Source: the human T2T-CHM13v2.0 reference genome, Homo sapiens | Strand: one strand, 5' to 3' | Assembly: GCF_009914755.1 (NCBI RefSeq) | Contig: NC_060932.1 | DNA: 64,000 nt | Part shown: in pieces, positions 37,343 to 51,164 of the stretch | Layout of the letters: every line of letters starts with the position of its first letter | Numbering within the stretch: position 1 is the stretch's first letter | Made by a program: the position numbers and the translations under genes | The notes under the pieces: generated by a model | What the model saw: the letters and a program-made list of their open reading frames with translations, nothing else | The model's database searches: none | What the model was told of the DNA's origin: nothing

Positions 37343-39568
37343 AAATGGCTCTTAATATTTTGAAGTGTCTTCCTTCAATGCTTCGTTTGTTGAGGACTTT
37401 TAACATGAAGGGATATTGAATGTTATTAAAAGCCTTTTCTGCATCTATTGAAATAATCATGAGGTTTTTGTTTTCAGTTCTGTTTAAGTGACAAAGCACA
37501 TTGATTGATTTGCATATGTTGAACCAACCTTGCATCCCAGGGATAAAGCCTACTTGATCATGGTGGATTAGTTTTTTGATGTGGTGGGGGATTTAGTTTG
37601 CTAGTATTTTTGAGGATTTTTGCATCTGTGTTCATCAAGTTAATGGCCTAAAGCTTTCTTTTTTTGTTGTGTGTTTTCCATGTCTTGGTATTGGGATGAT
37701 GCTGGCCTAATAGAATGAGTCATAGAGGATTCCATAGGATTCCATCTGCTCAATTTTTTTTCAGTCATTTCAGTAGAAATGATACCGGCTCTTTTTTATA
37801 CATCTCGTAGAATTCAGCTGTGAATTTTCCTGGACCTGGGCTTTTTTGTTTGTTTGTTTTTGTTTTTGATGAGCAGACTTTTATTACTGATTCAATTTCA
37901 GAACCTGTTACTGGTCTGTTAAGGGATTCAATTTCTTCCTGATTCAGTCTTGGAAGACTGTATGTGCCCAAGAATGTATCCATTTCTTTTAGGTTTTCTA
38001 GCCTGTGTGCACAGAGGTGTTCATAATAGTCTCTGAAATGTTTGTGTATTATTGTGGGGTTGGTAGTAACATCCCCTTTGTCATTTCCAATTGCATTTAT
38101 TTTGATCTTTTTCCTTTCTTTCTTTCTCTTTTTCTTTCTCTTTCTTTCTTTCTTTCTCTTCTTTCTTTCTCTTTCTTTGTTTTCTTTCTTTCTTCTTTTT
38201 TTTTGTCTAGCTAGCAGTCTATCAATCTTTTTTTTTTTTTCAAAAAAAAAAAAAAACCCAACTCCTGGATTTGTTGACTTTTGGATGTTTTTTACATCTC
38301 ACTTTACTTCACTTCAGCTTTATTTTTTGTCTTCTAGTAGCTTTGGTGTTACCCTGCTCTTATTTCTTTAGTTCATTGAGTTACCATGCTAGGTTACTGA
38401 TTTGAGATCTTTCTAACTTTTTGATGTGGGTGTTTAGTGCTATGAACTTCTCTATTTGGCTTAATTGTGTCCCAGAGATTCTGGTATGTGTTGTATCTTT
38501 GTATTCACTAATTTTAAAGAATTTCTTGACTTCTGTCTTAATGTCATTATTTACTTCATAGTTATTCAAGAGCAGGTACTTAATTTCCATGTAATTATAT
38601 GGTTTTAAGCAATTTTCTTAGAATTGTTTTCTGTTTTCATTGTATTGTGGTTCCACAGTGTGGTTGGTATGATTTTGTTTTGTTTTGTTTTTAATAAGTT
38701 GAGGACTGTTTTATGGCCAAGTATGTTGTTGATTTTAGGGTATGTGTCATGTGCAGATGAGAACAATGTACATTCTATTGTTTCCGAGTGGAGTGTTCTG
38801 TAGATGTTTATTGGCCCATTTGGTACCGCTGTGTTCTTGTCCAGAATATCTTTGTTAGTTTTCTTCCTCAGTGATCTGTCTAATAATGTCAGTGATGTGT
38901 TGAAGTCTCCCACCATTATTGTGTGGTTATCTAACTCTCTTCACAGGTCTCTTACTTGCTTTATGAATCTGGGTGTTCCTGTGTCTGGTATGTATATATG
39001 CAGGATAGTTAAGTCATCTTGTTGAATTGAGCCCTTTACCATTACGTAATGACATTCTTTGTCTTTTTTTATCTTTGCGGGTTTAAATTCTGTTTTGTGT
39101 GAAATTAGGAAAGCAAACCCTTCTTTTTTCTACTTTCTGTTTGCTTGGCAGATTCTTCCACTATACTTTGAGTCTACTGATGTCACTGCATGTGAGATGG
39201 GTCTTTTGATACTGTTGGGTCGTGCTTCTTTATCCAACTTGCCACTCTGTGCCTTTTAATTGGAACATTTATCCTGTTTACATTCAATGCTAGTATTGAT
39301 ATGCAGATTTGTTTCTGTCATCACGTTGTTAGCTGGTTATTATGTAGACTTGTTTGTGTGATTGTGTTACAGTGTCATTGGTCTATGTACTGAAGTTTGT
39401 TTTTGTAGTGGCTGATAGGGGTCTTTTCTTTCCATATTTAATACTCCCTTCAGGATCTCTTCCAAAGCATGTCTGGTGGTAACAAAAATCCTTTACCATT
39501 TGCTTGTCTGAAAAGGATCTTTTTTCTCTTTCGCTTATAAAGCTTAGTTTGATCAGACATAAAAGTTT

Positions 39569-40309
39569 TTATTGTAATTTATTTTCTCTAAGAATGTTGA
39601 ATATGGGACCCCATTCTCTTCTCGCTTGTAGGGTTTTTGTTTTTGTTGAAAGGTCTGCTGTTAGTCTGATGGGGTTCCCTTTGTAGGTGACCTGCCCCTT
39701 TTCCCTAGCTGCCTTTAACATTTTTTCTTTCATTCTGACCTTGAAGAATCCAATGACTATGTGTCTTGAGGATAGTCTTCTTGTATTTTGCAAGGGTTCT
39801 CTGTATTTCCCGAATTTGAATGTTCGCATATTTCCACATTTCTCAGAGGTCTTCTTTCTTCTATTATTATTATTTTTAATCTTTGTCTGACTTAGATTGG
39901 AGAACCAGTCTTCAAGCTCTGAGATTCTTTCCTCAGCTTTATCTGTTCTGCTGTTAATATCTGCAATCGTATTATGGAATTCTTGTAGTGTGTTTTTCAG
40001 CTTTATCAGATCATGTTTGTTCTTTCTTATAATGGCCATTTTGTGTATCAGCTCACATATCATTTTAATGTAATCTTTAGATTCCTTCAGTTGGGTTTTG
40101 ACATTCACCTGAATCTTGATGATCTTCTTTCCTATCCATAATCCGAATTCTATTTCTGTCATTTCAGCCATTTCCGCCTGGTTAAGAATACTTACTGGGG
40201 AACTAGTCCAGTCATTTGAAGGAAAGAAGACACTCTGGCTTTTTGAATTGCCAGATTTTTTGCATTGGTCCTTCCTCATCTGTTTGGGCTGATGCTCCTT
40301 TAGCTGCAA
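39569..40309 (-). pseudogene. L1 ORF1p remnant (246-aa ORF with an internal deletion)
   Basis: Coiled-coil LKNTLQEFHNTI.DINSRTDKAEERISELED and C-terminal RHIVI.F.KV.MKEKMLKAAREKGQVTYKGNPIRLTADLS...QARREWGPIFNIL. Confidence 0.88.
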
Positions 40310-42214
40310 TGTGATTTGAGTACAGTCAGTAGAATTCTTTTCTGGAAGTTTTCAGATGGCTGAGGTTTTCTGCAGTGTCTTTAATTGTAGCTGAATTTTT
40401 ATCCTTGGTTTCACAGGGGAGTATATTAGCAAAGTATTTTTGGTGTTGAAGTCTGGGCTGTGATCCAGTAGATTGTGCTTAAGTATAAGAGCCTGTAGGT
40501 GGGGTCTTGCTTAGCCACATGCTCCTCTGTATTTTCTCATAATTGCAGCCATGCTTCCTCTCAGTGCTCTGAGAGTGTGGGCTCCTCTCCCACTAGAGTG
40601 CTGGCTGCAGATCTCAGCATGCACTGTTGGGCTATACACTGCAGCTCTAAGGCAAGCTCAGGCTTTATATTCCCTCCCTAGCTTGGAGGCATCAGGTGAA
40701 GGAAACTTGGTAGTGGTTGTGGTAGAGGGTCTTTCACTTGTCTCTTGGGGCTCTACCCTAGTGAGATGCAGAGCCATTGTCAATCAGTTTGATTGGACTG
40801 CAGTGGGGCTGCTGTGCTGTAGGCCCAAGACAGGGGCCCCAGGTGGTGACAAGCAGAGGGTTCCAGGGGGAGGGGTATATATAGGAGATAGACTGGTATC
40901 TTCTCCTTAGGGCAACTGCAACTTGCTGGAGGTGTGGTTAAAGCACTCAAGTTCTTCCTTCTTCCCTAGTCTGAGGACAGCAAGGGCAGTACCACTGCAG
41001 TGGCAGTGGTGGAGGGTCATTTAGTTGCCTCCTCTGGGAGCTCCACCTCAGAGAAATGTAGAGTCACTGCTACTGGGAATGTTCAGCCAGTGGGTAGGGC
41101 TACTACACTGCTGTCCCAAGCTAGGGGGCCTGTTTGGCAAAAAGTGGGGGATTGGAGCTCACAGAGAAGAGAGACTGGGCTCCTCTCCATATGGTGGCTG
41201 CTGTGTGCTAGAGGTGCTATTGTAGCTTTCAGGACCTTTATTCCTTTCCCAACCTGAGGGCAGTTAGGGCAGTACCACTGCAGCTGCAATGCCAGAGGGG
41301 CTGTAGTTTGTATCTGGAGTTTCCTTCTCAGAGAAATGTAGAGGTACCTCCAACTGAAGTGTTCAGGAGGGACAGACTAATTGTACTGGGGGCCCAGGTC
41401 AAGAAGTCCTACCCAATGAAAAGAAGTGGGAATTGGGACCCATGTGGAAAACAAAGCTTTTCCATAGGGTGGCTGTTCTGTGCTGGGGATCCACACCAGT
41501 CCCTAATCACCCTGCTCCCTCCAGAACCTAAGAGGAACAGTGGTGAGGGCTGCAAGACAGTAAAAATGGCAGCTTGTCTCTCCCTCTGGAAGCTCCTGAG
41601 CGGGAGCTCCCTCCCAGGGAACTGCAGAGCTGCTCTCAGCCTAGGAAACCAGGTGAGGCTGGTCTGGCCATGCTAAGGCCCCAGGCCAGAGGGCCTTTTC
41701 CTGCTAGGTGTGGTGGAGGAAAGGCCTGAAGTTCATTAGTGCTCAGCCCCTGGATTTGGCCCCTTTCCTGGGGGCATGCAAGCGGGCATAATATCTCCCA
41801 TTTTCGGGGCTGCAGCTGTTAATATCAGGATACCCTGGGATCAAAGGCTCCTGGGACTCTGCATTTGTCTTGGCGGGCCTCTGCCTAGACTCCATGTAGC
41901 TCTCCATGTCAGTTTAGAGACCCAAGGTGTTCAGGGACTCTCACTCACCATTTCCCCATGGTTGGGGGGCCTTCCCTGGCTCAATGCCACTCTGGTGAGT
42001 GGTTGTCTCATCTCACTTCTCTCCATTTTCCGCGGGTCAAGTTGTTCCCTTGATAAATCCCAATGTGTCCACCTGTATGTTCCAGTGGAAAAGCTAATAC
42101 TTGCCAATCTGTCTTCTCTCCGTGAGAGTTGCACACAGCAGCTTGCTGGAGGTGTGGTTAAAGCACAAGATAGCTTCTGGTCAGCTATCTTGGATCCTCC
42201 TTCCTATTTTTTTT

Positions 42215-42885
42215 TAATAAGTGTTGACAAGGATGTGTGAAGATATAGATAAACTGGAACTCATACATCACTGGATGAAATGTAGAATGGTTCAGCCCAT
42301 GGAAAACAGTATGAAGATTCCTTAGAAAATTAAAAAACAAAGATAATTCAGTGATCCCATTTCTGGATATTTACCCAAAAGAATTGAAATCAGCGTCTTA
42401 AAGATATATTTGCACTCCCATGTTCATGGTAGCATTATTCACATAGCCAAGATGTGGAAACAACCTAAATATTCTTAGACAGATGAAGAAATAAAGTAAA
42501 TATATTCTGTTCACATCATGGAAAATATTAGGCTTTAAAAATAAGGAAATCCTGCCATATATATGTGATGACATGGATTAACGTGAAGAACATTGTTAAG
42601 TTAAATAAGCCAGTCACATTAAGATAAATACTGCATGGTTTCAGTTATATGAGGTATGCAAAACAGTCAAATTCATAGAAAAAAAAAAGTACAATGGTAG
42701 TTGCCAGGGGCTAGAGGTAAGGGGATATGTGTAGCTGGTGTTCAAAGGGTATAAAGTTTCAGTTATAGAAAATGAGTAAGTTCTAGAGATTTGCTCTACA
42801 ATATTGCTCGTCATAAATAATACTGTACAGTGCATTAAAACTAGATTGCATGTTAAGTGTTCATATCATGAGAAGAATAAATAAA
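42215..42885 (+). mobile_element. L1MA9/L1MB-type 3' end
   Basis: AAGTGTTGACAAGGATGTG...GGAAAACAGTATGAAGATTCCT...TATTTGCACTCCCATGTTCAT...GGGTATAAAGTTTCAGTTAT...AATAAA. Confidence 0.85.
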
Positions 42886-43551
42886 TCATCTGAAAGGTCC
42901 AAAGCAAAAGGAAAAAATTGTCAGGCAAATATTTACAGAAGAATTCCAAAATCTTAATAATTATGGCTTTTAAGGTTATTTAAAATAAGTACATTCTTAA
43001 ATCCACAGAATGACTCAATGCTATTTACTGATGGCAATAGTTCATTCTTAATGTCAGGAGTTAACTGAATATTTATCCAACTTAAATTTTCTTAACAATA
43101 TAGCTGAAGTTATGCTTTTGAGAAAAATATTCTTTCTGTGAAATATAAATGCCAATTCCTATATCAAAATATAGTAAATAAAGAAATATATTACCCAAGA
43201 AATACTTCAAATGGCTCTTTTTTTAAACAAAACCACATAATATTTATCTTGTTTTGCTAAAAGATATAAAATAAAATAACACCAAAGCCTAAACTAATTG
43301 CTATGACTCACACCTATAACTCTGAGGAAAATATCCTCAGGAATTCTCATACCCATTAAATAAGTAAATGAAACTTCTGTACAGTTGTCTGAAAAGTTAT
43401 ACCTTATTATTTCTAAAGAAAATATTTTGTTCTATTTCCAAAGCAAAGTCTACTGAAATAATGCATTAAAATTTTGAATTTTAAATATGGAGTAAGAAAC
43501 CTTAAAAACCTATAATTAGTTTGTGGGATAAAGTGCTTTAAACGGAATTAA

Positions 43552-43848
<297 letters not shown>

Positions 43849-43958
43849 TAAACAGAGTTAAAATTTAAGGAGATTTGCAGGTGTAATTTTCTGTCATCAT
43901 TTTAAAATCATTTGTAAAACCTGAGGGAATGATTAAGATATAATAATAGATTATTAAC

Positions 43959-44022
43959 CAATATCCTAATTATACCTAAACTATAGCTAACAATATCCTA
44001 ATTATACCTAAATTGTAGCTAA
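43959..44022. repeat. 32-bp tandem duplication
   Basis: CAATATCCTAATTATACCTAAA(C/T)T(A/G)TAGCTAA x2, 2 mismatches. Confidence 0.92.
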
Positions 44023-46347
44023 TCTAGGCATGCCCAGAGTTTGTACACTTCAATTTTGTGTGGTCTGAAAGTTTTCACTTACCAACTCTCACATGAACAA
44101 GACAAAACTAGGTAATAACAATTGTGACATTTGGTGTTTCAGGCAATTGAAAAATGCATTATTTTAATAGGTGGAAATAGAGCTCCTTTAGAAAAAGAAC
44201 TGCTTCTGTTTAGGACAATATGTTGATAAGATACATGGGAGTGGAAAGTAAGGCTCTGAAAACGTTGACTGAAAGAAAAAAAAATGAACCAAAGGAGTTA
44301 GCTAAACTGCTCTTCATAAGAAACTTACATTTAGATGGGAAATGGGAGAGCACAGAAAAAAATATGTGTAGAGTTGGGGAGAAGAGGGTTTGGTATGAGA
44401 TTGAGAGGGTGGGCAACATAAAAGGGGGAATAAGGTTGTAAGTAGAGTATCTTGGCCACATTAAATTCCTTGAGATGGAGTGGCCACAGGTATTATGAGA
44501 TTACAGATGTCTAACATCCAATTTTAATTTGCCACGTTTTCTTTAACGTAACCACTTATTCTCTGAACTCCCAATACATCTAACACTCATAACAGTAATA
44601 ACTTAAGACACAAAGAGATAAGAGAGTGGGAGGACTAATGAATAGTTTTTGTATTCAACCCTCTATTTCTGATGTCCATGCTGATGTAGGATTGTTTATC
44701 TACAGGACGGGTAGATCCACAAGGTTCTGTTTATGACCATCACCAAGGTGAATAGTTATTCATCACAGAGCTAAAGAGTTGCAAGGAAGCTGCAGCAGCT
44801 TGGAAATAATTCAGAGCACTCCATGGGCCAGCTTCCTTTCTCAAATACCTTAGTGAGAAGTGAGCTTGGGAAAGGAGAAGCCGACATCTGGATTACAGTG
44901 ATGTCATCACTTATTCACAGATGAAGGATGATTTAATTATTCCAGGAATTTCTATCTGCATTGATATGCAGTTAAAACTTAAAAAATAATCTGTGCTGTC
45001 ATTTAGAATCCTTCTAAACAGAGCTTCATTCAAATGAGGGCCATAATTGTATAATGTGATATGAGTATTAAATTGTGTAAATGTAGAGAGGTAACTTTCT
45101 GGTAGCAAATAGAAAACTGACTGAGGGTAAGAGATAGGCACAAAACAAGAGGAAATGGAGGTGAGAGTAATATGAAGAGGGAGATAAACTTCAAATGTGG
45201 AGATTTAGGAGACAACCAAAGGTGAGAGGGCTTTTGAGTCATGTTTTTCAACACGCAACAATCCATCTGTCCAGTGATTTTTTTTTTTAGTCACTTATAG
45301 ACTGGCATGTTTATGAACCCTGCCGCCTTCCACAAATATCCCATATGCAGTAATGCCAGGCAACTTGCCAAGGGCAGAGGACAGCTAAAGAACACATTTA
45401 TATTCCAAATTAGCACACAGAAAAATCATGTCATTTCAAATTCTAACTAATATACAGATACAAGCAGAAACACTGAAAATGAGGAAAATAACTCTACTGT
45501 TGCTGAATTACAAGGAAATAAATGGAAACTTTCTGCATCTTAAGACTAATGAAAAAGAAAAAGAAAAAGAAAAGCCCAGGATAATTAGATTATCAAGTGC
45601 AATAGCAGTAAACAGGAGCTTAGAATGAAACATAGGAGTGTTAAGAGTATGAGATAGTGAGCATAAGAGGCTTTAGTGGAGAATAGATAAGCTAATTTTT
45701 CTACCACTCTACAGAGTTATTACATATACCTTCATTAAGAGACATCAAGAATTACCATTAGGCCTATTACCTGTGCTATTGCATGTATATTATTTGTGTA
45801 TTTATTTGTATATTAGAACTATGTGTATTAGCATTATAGATGCATAGTGAGAAATAAATGAATTCTGAACACATCTTTTTATTATCTTTATACATTGTTC
45901 AGTTAAAACATTCTTTTATGTGTTTTTAAGAAGAGTTTTTTGTTTTTCAAATGGGTAGAATAAACTTATTTTGAGATCTCTTTCTCAAATTGGGAGAATA
46001 CTGTCTGTAAAAGTATTACTGCAATTCGTTGTCACCTTTTATATATACAAATGAATACTGACAAAATGAGAATAGAAAAAACACAAAAGCACAATGCATT
46101 TTTTCCATTGTTTCTCTATTTACTATTCTTGTAAATAAAATTGTTGTTTGGTGTGCGGGGAGGGGTGGTTCTTAAACCATTCCAGAGACGACTGTCTGCT
46201 AGGCTTTGTACTAGTCTGACTGTATTGAGGAATTTGTGGACAAAGAGAAGGATCTTTTACAGTATCAGTGAAAGGATTCTTAAAGGAGGGGACAACAAGA
46301 TAAATTTTCCTGAGAAACAACAGTCAATTGAGCAATAAAAGCAGGGT

Positions 46348-47240
46348 TGTCATGGCACTAAGCTGGAATGTCACATTGATGATCCCTCAATGAACCACAA
46401 TATCCTTCATCCATACCCTTATGTAGTCACTACTCACACTAATCTGGGCTTAGCCACATGGCTAAATGTGGCCAATGAGACCTTAGCAAGTTTAACGTAA
46501 GCAGAAGTTTGGCGCGCACTATTATGGATTGAGTGTTTGTTGCTCCCCAAAGCTCATATGTGAAGCCCTAACACTCAAGGTGATTATATTTTGAAATAGA
46601 GCCTTTGTGGAAGTAATTATGGTTAAAGGAAGTCAGAAGGGTGGGGTCATGATCTAATAGGATTAGTGTCCATATGAGAAGAAACACCGGAATGTGCTCT
46701 CTCTTTCTTGCTCCTCTCTTCTCTCCCTAAGTGCAAGCACCAAGGTAAAACTATTTGAGGACACAGAGAGAAATCATTTGCAACTAAATCAGCTAAAACC
46801 TTGATCTTGGACTTCTAGCCTCCAGAACTGTGATAAATAATTTTGGGTGTTTAAGCTACCCAGTCTGTGATATTTTGTTATGGCAACGTGAGCTGACTAA
46901 GGAATGCACTTTCACGTGACTTAAATGTTCCCTCTAGGTAACCCTCTAGACTACATGGGAGTCGAGATTATCCTCCAGTGGAGAGAGGATAATGGAGAAA
47001 CCCTGGAATGTGGGGTATTATATGAAGAGAGTGAACATGTAGAAGAAAACTGAAGGTTCTTTTCCTGTTTCCAACAGTCAATATTTCAGCCTCTTGCAAA
47101 CATATGAGTGACGCAGCCAGCATAACATGAAACACAAGGCTCATTAAGTTTACCCAAAGGAAGCACAACAAATACTAAACCATTGTTGTTTTAAGCCACT
47201 AAAGTTTGTGATTTTTTTTTGTAGTTAACAAATTGTTAAC
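46348..47240 (+). mobile_element. MLT1F-like MaLR LTR interrupted by MLT1A
   Basis: CTGGGCTTAGCCA..TG.CT...TGGCCAATGAGAC.TTAGCAA... and a terminal TTGTTGTTTTAAGCCACTAAAGTTTG. Confidence 0.7.
46520..46904 (+). mobile_element. MLT1A0-type MaLR LTR
   Basis: T.TTATGGATTGA.TGTTTGT..CTCCCCAAA..TCATATG...CTTGATCTTGGACTTCTAGCCTCCAGAACTGTGA...GCTGACTAAG. 5-bp TSD CGCAC/TGCAC. Confidence 0.88.
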
Positions 47241-47549
47241 TAAAAGAAGCAACTGGCTTGAAAATGAAGCTGTTTTGGGTAACATACTAATAGTTCATTA
47301 GTGATTACAAATCAGGTATAAGGTAAAAGAGAGATGCATTTCATTGGGGGGTAACTGTCAAGTAGACAGTTTATAATTAACTTGTCAAGAGAATATTTGC
47401 TATAATAATATGTTTTTTATTATTAAGCAAATAAACACAATTGCTGTTCATTCACTATGTTTGAATAAAATTATATTCCAAATATCTATAGCTTCTGCTT
47501 TCAAGCAAGCTTGAAGTGAATTTGGTTAAAAATATGTGACAACAAGCCT

Positions 47550-47960
47550 TCCTGGCTTCCTGCTATACAGAAAGCCGGAAGGAGCATCACTACCATAATA
47601 ATAGGAAAAAGTTGGATAATCTACATTATTATAAATTTTACATAACCCATCAGGGACCTAGAGTCACAGGATAATGAAGTAGTATTACATCTTAAGGAAA
47701 GGTCGGTGCCTCAAAGAGAAGGTACTGGCTCCCTGCAGCAAAGGAGGACAATGTGGCATACAAGCAGGAAGGAAGAATTCAGCTACAAACTTTAACAAAT
47801 TTCAAAAGGGCAAATGCAGGTCTGTGTATCAGTATAAAACTTCTAGGAGCTGCACACACACAAGATGAGCACACACGCACACACATACATGCACACACAC
47901 ACATATACACGGACGTGTGTTCTTCTCTGTGGACTACTTCTGGCACTCCCAAGAAAGCCC
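47550..47960 (+). mobile_element. Ancient L1M 5'UTR-like fragment with a (CA)n tract
   Basis: AAAAAGTTGGATAATCTA...AACCCATCAGGGACCTAGAGTCACAGG resembles the L1M 5' segments at 24910 and 27030. Confidence 0.45.
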
Positions 47961-50900
47961 AGGAGCTTACTCAATATTACATTACCTTATTTCGACAAAT
48001 GTGAACAGAACCTCTGCTAAATGAGTGGACTTCTAAATTCAGTTTCTAAACTGAAGGTTTGTACAATGATGACCCATCTATTAGATGTCTGGGATCTTTT
48101 TCCTAATAAGGTTTGTACATTAATGAGTAAGAAATAGAACATGTAAGCATATATCCTCATCCTTTTTGACGACTAGAAACACAACTTTCTGCAGGGGATC
48201 CTGAGTGTGGCACTAACTGGAATACTTGGGTTTGAGATAAAAAATGGCAGAGTCTGTTTTAATTTCTTCAGATCTTCTAGATGGCTCTTCATGTATAAAT
48301 GGGCACATGCAACAGAATGATAATTTAGTGGTGCCCAGTTTGGAATATATGATGGTCATGGCAAAGCTTTTATTCTCTGCTAGTCATGGATTTTTGCATA
48401 TCTAATTCATGATCTAGGGCATTCTTCTACAGAAAAATAGATGCTTCTGGCTGACCAAATGTAGTCTTGTGTCAATATCACAGGAATAATTTAATGTTTT
48501 AATACAGACTTTTATGTTCAGTAGCAGAAAGGTTTATAAGTTTGCAAACCAGAGTCCCATTTGCCAAGCCATGAACTCTGGCCTGAGGCTATTTATGCAA
48601 GAAGATAGTGGCACCTTTTTAAATAATTTGCATAAAATTGTTCTCTGGCTCATTAATTAAGATCTAAAGAAGAGAAAAAATGTATATAACTAAATTAAAG
48701 AGAATTTCTAGATAGATATTAAAATGACAGTCATCAAGAGCTTCCTATGCATTGAGCACTACACTACTTCATTTTACATAATATATCTCAAAGAAAATAT
48801 TCTCCAGAAATAATAAAATAACTGTATAACACATTCTTCATGGTTCTTGTTTTTTGGCTATTGAAAAATAGATTCTAAGATTTCTGAAAACAAAACAAAA
48901 TGATTTCTGACATGGTAATGACTAATAAGATGTGTGTTATTACTAAAGTTAGAAAAATAACTTTGTTTTTAAATGTTTAGTGTATAACCTCTGACTAATA
49001 TTTAATGTCTTATTTGTATTTAATTTTTTTATTTTCCTCTCTGCTATACTTGAGTTTTTATTAAAGATAGGACACACCTTTCTATAAGTATATATAACCA
49101 AACCAAAACCGAATACCAGCCAATCTATTATTATACTTTTATAGGAGTTACATAAATCTCCAGACTTAAGACATACAAGCTGATACCACCATGTTTGGTA
49201 GAGCACATAACTAGTTATCAACTAGTTGCCAAAAGCACAAAGGAACATTGTACTCTCTTCCAGCAGAAAGGAGAAATTTCTAGTAAAGAATGAAAACACT
49301 CAATATTTCATCTGAAAAACTAGAAGCTAGACTTCGGTGAACTAACAAATTCTGCAGATTTTAAAGAGAAAAGACAGCAATATAAGAATTTTCTACCTAG
49401 GTAAGATGTCATTAATCTGCATAAATGCAAGATTGCAGAAAATAAACCACCACATGTGAAGAACCGCACCTAAGGAAAACAATAGAGAACAGATCATATC
49501 CAAACTGCCAACAATTCAGAATAGAGACTTCAAGATAAAAATGAAAAAAAACAGTAGAGTGGTGTCATTGATCTTATAAAATATGTAATGAAATCTAAAT
49601 GAATAAGGACAGAGTGTGAAATAGTGCTAAATGGGTTGTTTTGATTAAAAATAATAACATTTTAAAAAAGAAATAATGTAGAAAGAAATATAACAAAATG
49701 TTAATATTAATCATCATTTTAACTGGGTGGTGGATTATTGATTTTAACTTTCATCTTTAAAAGCCTGTTGGTTCTGAACATTTTGAAGTAGAAAAACAGT
49801 AAATGCTATTTATTACATTAAAAAACTTTTTTATGGACTTGCCCCTACAGTTTACCATTGAAATTGCTGCACAAAATTCTAGGACAACAATTTTTGTTTA
49901 TATCTTGAATCCAAAATGCATAAACTTAAAATATAAAGCAAGTATACGTTTTTTATACTGTAATTAATTGGCTTCAAAAATTTATCTTAGTACCTTCAGG
50001 ATATTCTTAATTAATTGTTTTACTTACATTTTCAATAATTGTTTTACTTATATTTTACTTATATTTACTTATATTACTTGAAAATATAAGTAATAAATTT
50101 ATATATTATATAATTATATAAATTATTTATATAAATAAATTATTGATAAAGGTTATCTCAATTTTGTTAATGAAAAGATGCAGGTTGTCATTGTTCTCTT
50201 TACCTTGTGTTTTGAAGAGAAGATACATGGCATATGATTTTGACTCAGAAGTATTTGAATGCTAGGTGGTAAATAAACCATAAAAGTCTTTATTGGAAGA
50301 TTAGTATTGTAAAACTATCTACATTTGTTTTGACTTTCCAGTACAGATTCTCAAGTTTGAGCTAAAACTGTAAGATGAACAGCTGGTAAATAATTCTGGT
50401 ATCTCTGATGATTATCGATATAATTGCAAATTTGAGAAAAAATAGGATAAATTACCAAAAAATATTGATATTGAATCTCTCAAAGAACAAATTATGTTGA
50501 AGCAATATGTCAACCCATTTAAGAAATTTTATAGTTACCAATTCACTAAGTTATTCTTTATATCCTGAAAAAAGGTATATACTTAAGTAAGAAAACCTAG
50601 GTTTGGATACTGGGTCCTCATTTTACTATCTTTTTATTGGAGATTATTAGTCAGGATAAAGGAAATTAAGTTTATAAACCTTAATTTCCTCATGTACAAT
50701 AGTGTATGTTAAAGATAAAGAGAAATAAAATAAGTAAAATACTTTATACAGATCCTGGATGATTGTAGAGCTGAATTATTGTCAGGTAGCCTTGCTATTG
50801 CAGAAGGGAAACACCTTTTTTCCCTTTTCCACTGTTCCTAGAAAACGTTATTTTCTCTATACTACTCTGTTCATTGGACATATACTATTTAAGGAATATC

Positions 50901-51164
50901 CAAGGAGTTACACGATTGGTGGAAGACAATCACTGATAAAAAATTCTCAACTGGGTGTGGCTACTCTATCCAATGCCCTAAGTCTGGCATATTAATTCTC
51001 TTATCCTTCCTAGTAAACTAACCTTTTCCTCAGGTGGCACGTTGAAAAGCAAGCAAGCTTATTTGTTTATGAGAGCTTAGCCACAGCGCTCACTTTCACC
51101 TTTATCACTGACAAAGGTGATATGAATTTTCAGCTTAATTTCTGCTTTGTTTTAGGTCTCAATT

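Larger units (their letters stand above)
34615..42200 (-). mobile_element. Near full-length old primate L1 (L1PA15/L1PA16-type), inactive
   Basis: 3'UTR near 34620, ORF2 fragments ([13 protein letters not shown]; MVGDFNTSLT; [13 protein letters not shown]), ORF1 remnant 39569-40309, about 1.9 kb of GC-richer 5'UTR, ending in the reverse complement of CCAAGATAGCTGACCAGAAGC (YY1-type start). Confidence 0.9.

Noticed and set aside
39569-40309. Longest ORF (246 aa) as a gene
   Set aside because: It is a decayed L1 ORF1p with an internal deletion, inside an inactive L1.
40499-42240. Several 100-150 aa antisense ORFs in the L1 5'UTR as ORF0-like proteins
   Set aside because: They are expected from the higher GC content, show no similarity to the ORF0 of young L1PA elements that I can recognise, and have no protein motifs.
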